Shown: positions 59,903-64,000 of the stretch, piece after piece
Numbering within the stretch: position 1 is the stretch's first letter
Layout of the letters: each line of letters opens with the position of its first letter
Assembly: GCA_963693055.1 (NCBI GenBank)
Contig: OY843751.1
Coordinates: forward strand, 5,856,001 to 5,920,000
Source: a bacterium
Lineage (GTDB): Bacteria; Zhuqueibacterota; Zhuqueibacteria; Residuimicrobiales; Krinioviventaceae
Reading direction: 5' to 3'
DNA length: 64,000 bases
Program-made: the position numbers and the translations under genes
Notes under the pieces: generated by a model
What the model saw: only the letters and a program-made list of their open reading frames with translations
Told to the model about the DNA's origin: nothing
The model's database searches: none

Positions 59903-60688
59903 TTAATATCCACCACCGGCACCACCGCCGCCGCTCATTCCACCACCAAAGCCGCCAAAACCGCCGCCAAAGCTGCCGCCACCGCCAAAGCCGCCGCCAA
60001 AACCACCACCGCCGCCGCGGCCACTGTTCATCATTGACCCCAATACCAGCCAGGGTATCAATCCGCCGCCGCCTCGTCGTCCTCCGCCTAAAATTGAGAA
60101 CAGAATGATCAATCCAATCAGTGTACAAAAAGGATTGCTGCGTTTACCCGAACTGCGACGCTGAAGTTTTTGAGAAGGATGGTACTCTGTACCGGTAAAA
60201 CTTACATTGTATTCTTTGGCAATGAGCGCAGCAAAGGAAGAAACACCAGCCATAAAACCACCATCTATATCATTGTTTCTGAAATACGGTAGCATAACAT
60301 CGCGCCAAACGTCTCCTGCCAGGGCATCTGGTATAAAACCTTCAACGCCGTAACCCACTTCAATACGTACTTTGCGCTGGTCAACAACATTAAAGATCAA
60401 AATGCCCTTATCTTCTCCCTTAACTCCTATTCCCCAATTCTCATACAGCCTGTTGGCATAATCGTTATAATCTTCATCACCAATGGTTTTCATGGTAACA
60501 CAAACAATTGCCACATGGGTCTTATTAAAGACTTCTATTGCCAGGGCTTCTAACTTTTGCTCTGTTGAAGAAGATAAAATATTGGCAAAATCATTAACGG
60601 CACCCCTTTTCTGAGGAAAGTTAAAATCAGCAAACAAAGGCGCCGCAATTATAAAAATCAATAATACTATACTGGTAACTTTTTTCAT
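59903..60688 (-). CDS. TPM domain protein with Gly-rich tail (YgcG-like)
   Basis: VNDFANIL, WGIG..G.D.GIL, RIEVGYG.EG..PD, GGFGGG.SGGGGAGG. Confidence 0.92.
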   Translation of the reverse strand: MKKVTSIVLLIFIIAAPLFADFNFPQKRGAVNDFANILSSSTEQKLEALAIEVFNKTHVAIVCVTMKTIGDEDYNDYANRLYENWGIGVKGEDKGILIFNVVDQRKVRIEVGYGVEGFIPDALAGDVWRDVMLPYFRNNDIDGGFMAGVSSFAALIAKEYNVSFTGTEYHPSQKLQRRSSGKRSNPFCTLIGLIILFSILGGGRRGGGGLIPWLVLGSMMNSGRGGGGGFGGGFGGGGSFGGGFGGFGGGMSGGGGAGGGY

Positions 60689-60754
60689 AATAAATCCCAA
60701 TTCATCATTTTTTCCACATCTTGTACATCATTTAGTATAAAAAAGATTCATATT

Positions 60755-61162
60755 TTATTGAACAGACAGCACTTTTTTAAACGATTCTGGCAGCCTGGCA
60801 GGTTTACGCTTTTCATAATCAAAGCCTGCCAATATCGTATGTCCGGTAGCAATGGTCTGATTATCTAATTTTCTGATAATTTCATACAACAACGTAAACT
60901 TGATTTTAGCAGCTTCCAAACAGGCAATGTGAATTGTCAGCTCATCGCCCATAAAAGCCTCACCTTTGTATTTTACAAGTGATTCTGTTTGAATGAGAGA
61001 AACACTATCACCAATATCTTTTTCTGATAATCCATATTCAGCCAAAAAGCGAATTCGTGCTTCCTGAAAATAGAGTAAAACCGTATCGTTACCCAAATGT
61101 CCACCGTAATTTACATCTCCAACACGCACTTGAAGTGTTGTAGAAAAAATACTATTCTGCAT
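60755..61162 (-). CDS. Hotdog-fold thioesterase family protein
   Basis: VRVGDVNYGGHLGND....FQEAR. Confidence 0.88.
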   Translation of the reverse strand: MQNSIFSTTLQVRVGDVNYGGHLGNDTVLLYFQEARIRFLAEYGLSEKDIGDSVSLIQTESLVKYKGEAFMGDELTIHIACLEAAKIKFTLLYEIIRKLDNQTIATGHTILAGFDYEKRKPARLPESFKKVLSVQ

Positions 61163-61312
61163 ATTATATACCCTTGTAACATGTGTTTATTCAAAAATAT
61201 TTAATTTCAACCTTAAATCAAAATGAATTCATGATTAATTTTATAATATATGAAATAAAACCAGCATTTATTAGAGGGAACAAAGACTAAAAAGGTTTTG
61301 TTAAATATATTG

Positions 61313-61386
61313 AACGCAGATGGTCATCCCCCTCCTTTGGATGCTGACCCCCCTAAGCATTCAATAATTGACTGTCTGCGTTTTTT
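61313..61386 (+). ncRNA. Candidate sRNA or leader with C-rich unpaired segments and a U-tract
   Basis: 14-bp outer stem, 9-bp inner stem, UCCCCCUCCU bulge, GACCCCCCUA loop, U6. Confidence 0.45.
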
Positions 61387-61644
61387 ATTGAATGTGAATA
61401 ATTTTATTATTATATTTGTTCAATTATTCGTATTGAAACGAATTTCTGCCAATGCGGATATTCAATGTGTGCCTGAATGTATTATTGTCATTCCTACCAG
61501 CACCAAACCCCGATAACATGAACATAATTTTGTTACGGTAAAATTTTTTGGAATATTGTTTTGCAATATTTCGTATATAGTATAACATCCAGATCTTTAT
61601 TTTCAGGGATTTAACCCGAAAACAAATATTAGTGAGGCAACTAA

Positions 61645-63411
61645 ATGCAAGTTAACGTGAATTACAGCATTGTGGATAATAAAGTAATTATTAACATTAA
61701 AAATCAGGTTTGTGCAAACGCTGATGAATTACTCAACAGTAACCTCTTTAAAGAAATTCTTGAACGGTACATGAAACACCTGATTGAACATGAATCACCT
61801 TTGCTTAAAATGTTTGATAAAAAACCACAAGACATAAAATCCACAGACTCTAAAACCATGCAGCAAACACTGGTGTTTTTATCGAAAATGAGTATTGATC
61901 TGGTACCCAAAGTTGTAGAAGATTCTGATAGATTTATTAAAAATCCACAACAGCTGGCTTCCTTTGTTGAAGGATTGTATAACTTTTGGCGTGGGTACGA
62001 ACGTTTTATTGTTTGTGATTCTTCGACCGATGTGATTGATCAACGGCCTTATCGTACTTTCAACTCTACCATAGAATCTCTAACCCAGCTCATACGTAAA
62101 GTTTATCGTGATGTGCAGGAAAATATAACAGGGAAACACCCCAGCATTTATCGCCAGGTACATGCAGGTGCTGAAATAGCAGCCATCGCATTACCCAAAG
62201 ACCTGAATTTTCCTGATGATGTATATGATCAGCTTGGAGATATTCCCATAATCAGACAAATCCTTTTAAATCCACCTTTGCTTCTGAATCCACCCATGAA
62301 CAAACGTACCGGCAAGTTTCAGCGCATAGAACAAAACCCGCTTGACTTGTTAAAGATTAATAAAGACGATTGGATTGGTTACCCCGCCAAAGTGGGACCG
62401 CAGCTTATTGTTGTGTATTTCCACAAAACCTTTTATGAACTGGGTTTCAGTCTTTGTAACTTGTTTGAACTGGCAGATGATGAGTTTTTAAATCGTCCGG
62501 TAGATGCGGTTTACCTCTATGGAGTTCCCGGACAAGAGCTGGATGATCTGGCAGAATTGCCTACCGTTTTCTATGACGATGAAAAGAACAAAATGCTATC
62601 TGCTGCCGTACCGGGCAGACCCGAATTCGGTTATTTTGGCTATCTAAAGAAAATGATGCTTACCCTGCATAATGTACAAATGATCAAACGCGGGAAAATG
62701 CCCTATCATGGTGCTATGGTTAAAATTTCGCTCAAGGGTGGCAAAAACAAAACCGTTCTCATTGTGGGAGATACCGGTACCGGCAAATCTGAAATGTTGG
62801 AAGCCCTACGCACCCTGGGTGATCAGTACATTGAAGAAATCATCATCATTGCCGATGATATGGGCTCGCTTGATTATGCTGACAATGGTGATATTATAGG
62901 ATATGGAACCGAGATTGGCGCTTTTGTACGTCTTGACGACCTGCAACCAGGTTACGCCCTGGGCCAGCTTGACCGTGCTATTATTATGAGTCCCAACCAG
63001 GTCAATTCACGCATAGTTTTGCCGGTAACCACTTATGAAACCGTAATAGAAGGCTATAAAGTGGATATGGTTTTATACGCCAACAACTATGAAGAAATTG
63101 ATGAAGACCATCCTATTATTGACCGTATAGAAACAGCCGATGAGGCGTTTAAAATTTTCAGAGAAGGTACCGCCATGAGCAAAGGTACTACGACCTCTAC
63201 CGGCTTGGTGCACAGTTATTTTGTAAATGTCTTTGGTGCGATTCAGTATAAACCCGAGCATGACGAAATTGCCCACGGCTATTTTGAAAAATTTTATGAA
63301 AAAGGATTATTTGTAGGCCAAATGCGTACAAGACTGGGCATTCCCGGTTGGGAGTACAACGGCCCCGAAGCTGTAGCAAACGCCCTGCTTGAAATGCTAA
63401 TGAACAGTTGA
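61645..63411 (+). CDS. Phosphoenolpyruvate carboxykinase-like P-loop protein (divergent family)
   Basis: YFGYLKK..LTLHN, P.HGA, GDTGTGKSE, IADDMG, GTEIGAFVRLDDL, N.R. Confidence 0.75.
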   Translation: MQVNVNYSIVDNKVIINIKNQVCANADELLNSNLFKEILERYMKHLIEHESPLLKMFDKKPQDIKSTDSKTMQQTLVFLSKMSIDLVPKVVEDSDRFIKNPQQLASFVEGLYNFWRGYERFIVCDSSTDVIDQRPYRTFNSTIESLTQLIRKVYRDVQENITGKHPSIYRQVHAGAEIAAIALPKDLNFPDDVYDQLGDIPIIRQILLNPPLLLNPPMNKRTGKFQRIEQNPLDLLKINKDDWIGYPAKVGPQLIVVYFHKTFYELGFSLCNLFELADDEFLNRPVDAVYLYGVPGQELDDLAELPTVFYDDEKNKMLSAAVPGRPEFGYFGYLKKMMLTLHNVQMIKRGKMPYHGAMVKISLKGGKNKTVLIVGDTGTGKSEMLEALRTLGDQYIEEIIIIADDMGSLDYADNGDIIGYGTEIGAFVRLDDLQPGYALGQLDRAIIMSPNQVNSRIVLPVTTYETVIEGYKVDMVLYANNYEEIDEDHPIIDRIETADEAFKIFREGTAMSKGTTTSTGLVHSYFVNVFGAIQYKPEHDEIAHGYFEKFYEKGLFVGQMRTRLGIPGWEYNGPEAVANALLEMLMNS

Positions 63412-63507
63412 TTGTATTAAATATTAGTCAAGTTTCCCTTGCCATTTGGAGATCCCAGGGAAATTGCCTTCACACATTTTTCAACCCCAAAATTACTGGT
63501 TCAGACA

Positions 63508-63537
63508 CAAAAAAACCCGCTCAAAGGCGGGTTTTTT
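63508..63537. terminator. Bidirectional terminator
   Basis: AAAAAACCCGC..GCGGGTTTTTT between convergent genes. Confidence 0.85.
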
Positions 63538-63559
63538 AATAATTCTATATAAACAATGA

Positions 63560-64000
63560 TCAAACACGGCGATTCGCGATAAGCATGGTTTTGGGATCCA
63601 GCTTTAAGCGCATTTTATCAAGGTCTTTATTTCCGTTGTCTTTTAACAATTGAAAATCGATATGTTCTTCATGAGGATTCAGCATAATGATTACAGAAAA
63701 AATATCTTTGAGCTGGTTCACCGGCGCCGGAACTCCCTGATCATCCAACTGCAGATCATGACGGTGCAATGTTGCACTGAACCAGACTTCTGCATCCAGT
63801 TCTTTGGCAAAACCTTGCCAGTCCTGCAATTGCTCCAGGGTTGCTTCCTCAAAGGGGAACCCGTCAACAATAACCATTTCGGGAATAAAATCCAGGCTGT
63901 CTTTGAACTGTTTAAAATGGGCTTTAACATTATCAAGCGATGTGTTGTCTTGTTTAAAATGCAAAATTAAACGTAAATGCATGGTGTTGTCAAAAATCTC
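63560..64000 (-). CDS. C-terminal part of a RecA/KaiC-like ATPase-fold protein; starts beyond the window
   Basis: Frame stays open to the window edge; Walker-B-like MVIVDG, A.EL.AEVWFS, L.LDPKTM. Confidence 0.6.
   Translation of the reverse strand, partial: EIFDNTMHLRLILHFKQDNTSLDNVKAHFKQFKDSLDFIPEMVIVDGFPFEEATLEQLQDWQGFAKELDAEVWFSATLHRHDLQLDDQGVPAPVNQLKDIFSVIIMLNPHEEHIDFQLLKDNGNKDLDKMRLKLDPKTMLIANRRV

Noticed and set aside
59910-60090. (CCG/CCA)n low-complexity repeat
   Set aside because: It encodes the ordinary Gly-rich tail of TPM proteins.
59868-60128. Arg/Trp-rich N-terminal extension of the nucleotidyltransferase ORF
   Set aside because: It is an alternate-frame reading of the TPM gene's Gly-rich GGC/GGT tail. 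An SD-supported start lies at 59867.
1-64000. Many 60-215 aa ORFs antisense to or overlapping confident genes; CRISPR arrays, tRNAs and IS elements
   Set aside because: The shadow ORFs lack motifs. No repeat-spacer array, cloverleaf or transposase was seen.

Overview
A 64 kb chromosomal window from an AT-rich diderm bacterium. Several proteins carry 'NYPNPFNP' T9SS/FlgD-type C-terminal domains, and DUF5916, DUF4954 and a TonB receptor are present, which points to an FCB-group lineage such as KSB1 or Calditrichota (inferred, not proven). Most genes are on the minus strand and are housekeeping or envelope genes: glnS (frameshifted), acpS, nnr, yhbY, an RlmI-like methylase, LOG, an acyl-CoA ligase, lemA and a PEPCK-like gene. 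I found no rRNA, tRNA, CRISPR array, integrase or transposase. Main findings: (1) An 8 kb cluster of three membrane-bound multiheme cytochromes with 7+19+7 heme motifs. Their architectures mirror Geobacter CbcBA (here fused), CbcL (here expanded) and ImcH, and they carry Rex-like operators. (2) Three strand-specific structured intergenic RNA candidates: a pseudoknot plus a sequestered 14-nt complement of the 16S 3' end (54950-55140), a 29-bp G.U-rich hairpin (12153-12218), and a C-rich anti-SD hairpin with a U-tract (61313-61386). (3) A mosaic tandem triplication of lipoproteins next to a TonB receptor, in an operon preceded by a perfect Gram-positive-type SOS box. (4) A TPM/nucleotidyltransferase/LemA operon, an MT-A70/BglII-like R-M islet, a Tat-exported DegT aminotransferase, an ErcA/kinase pair and an inverted pair of DnaA boxes. 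All family assignments come from motif recognition by eye; no database searches were run.
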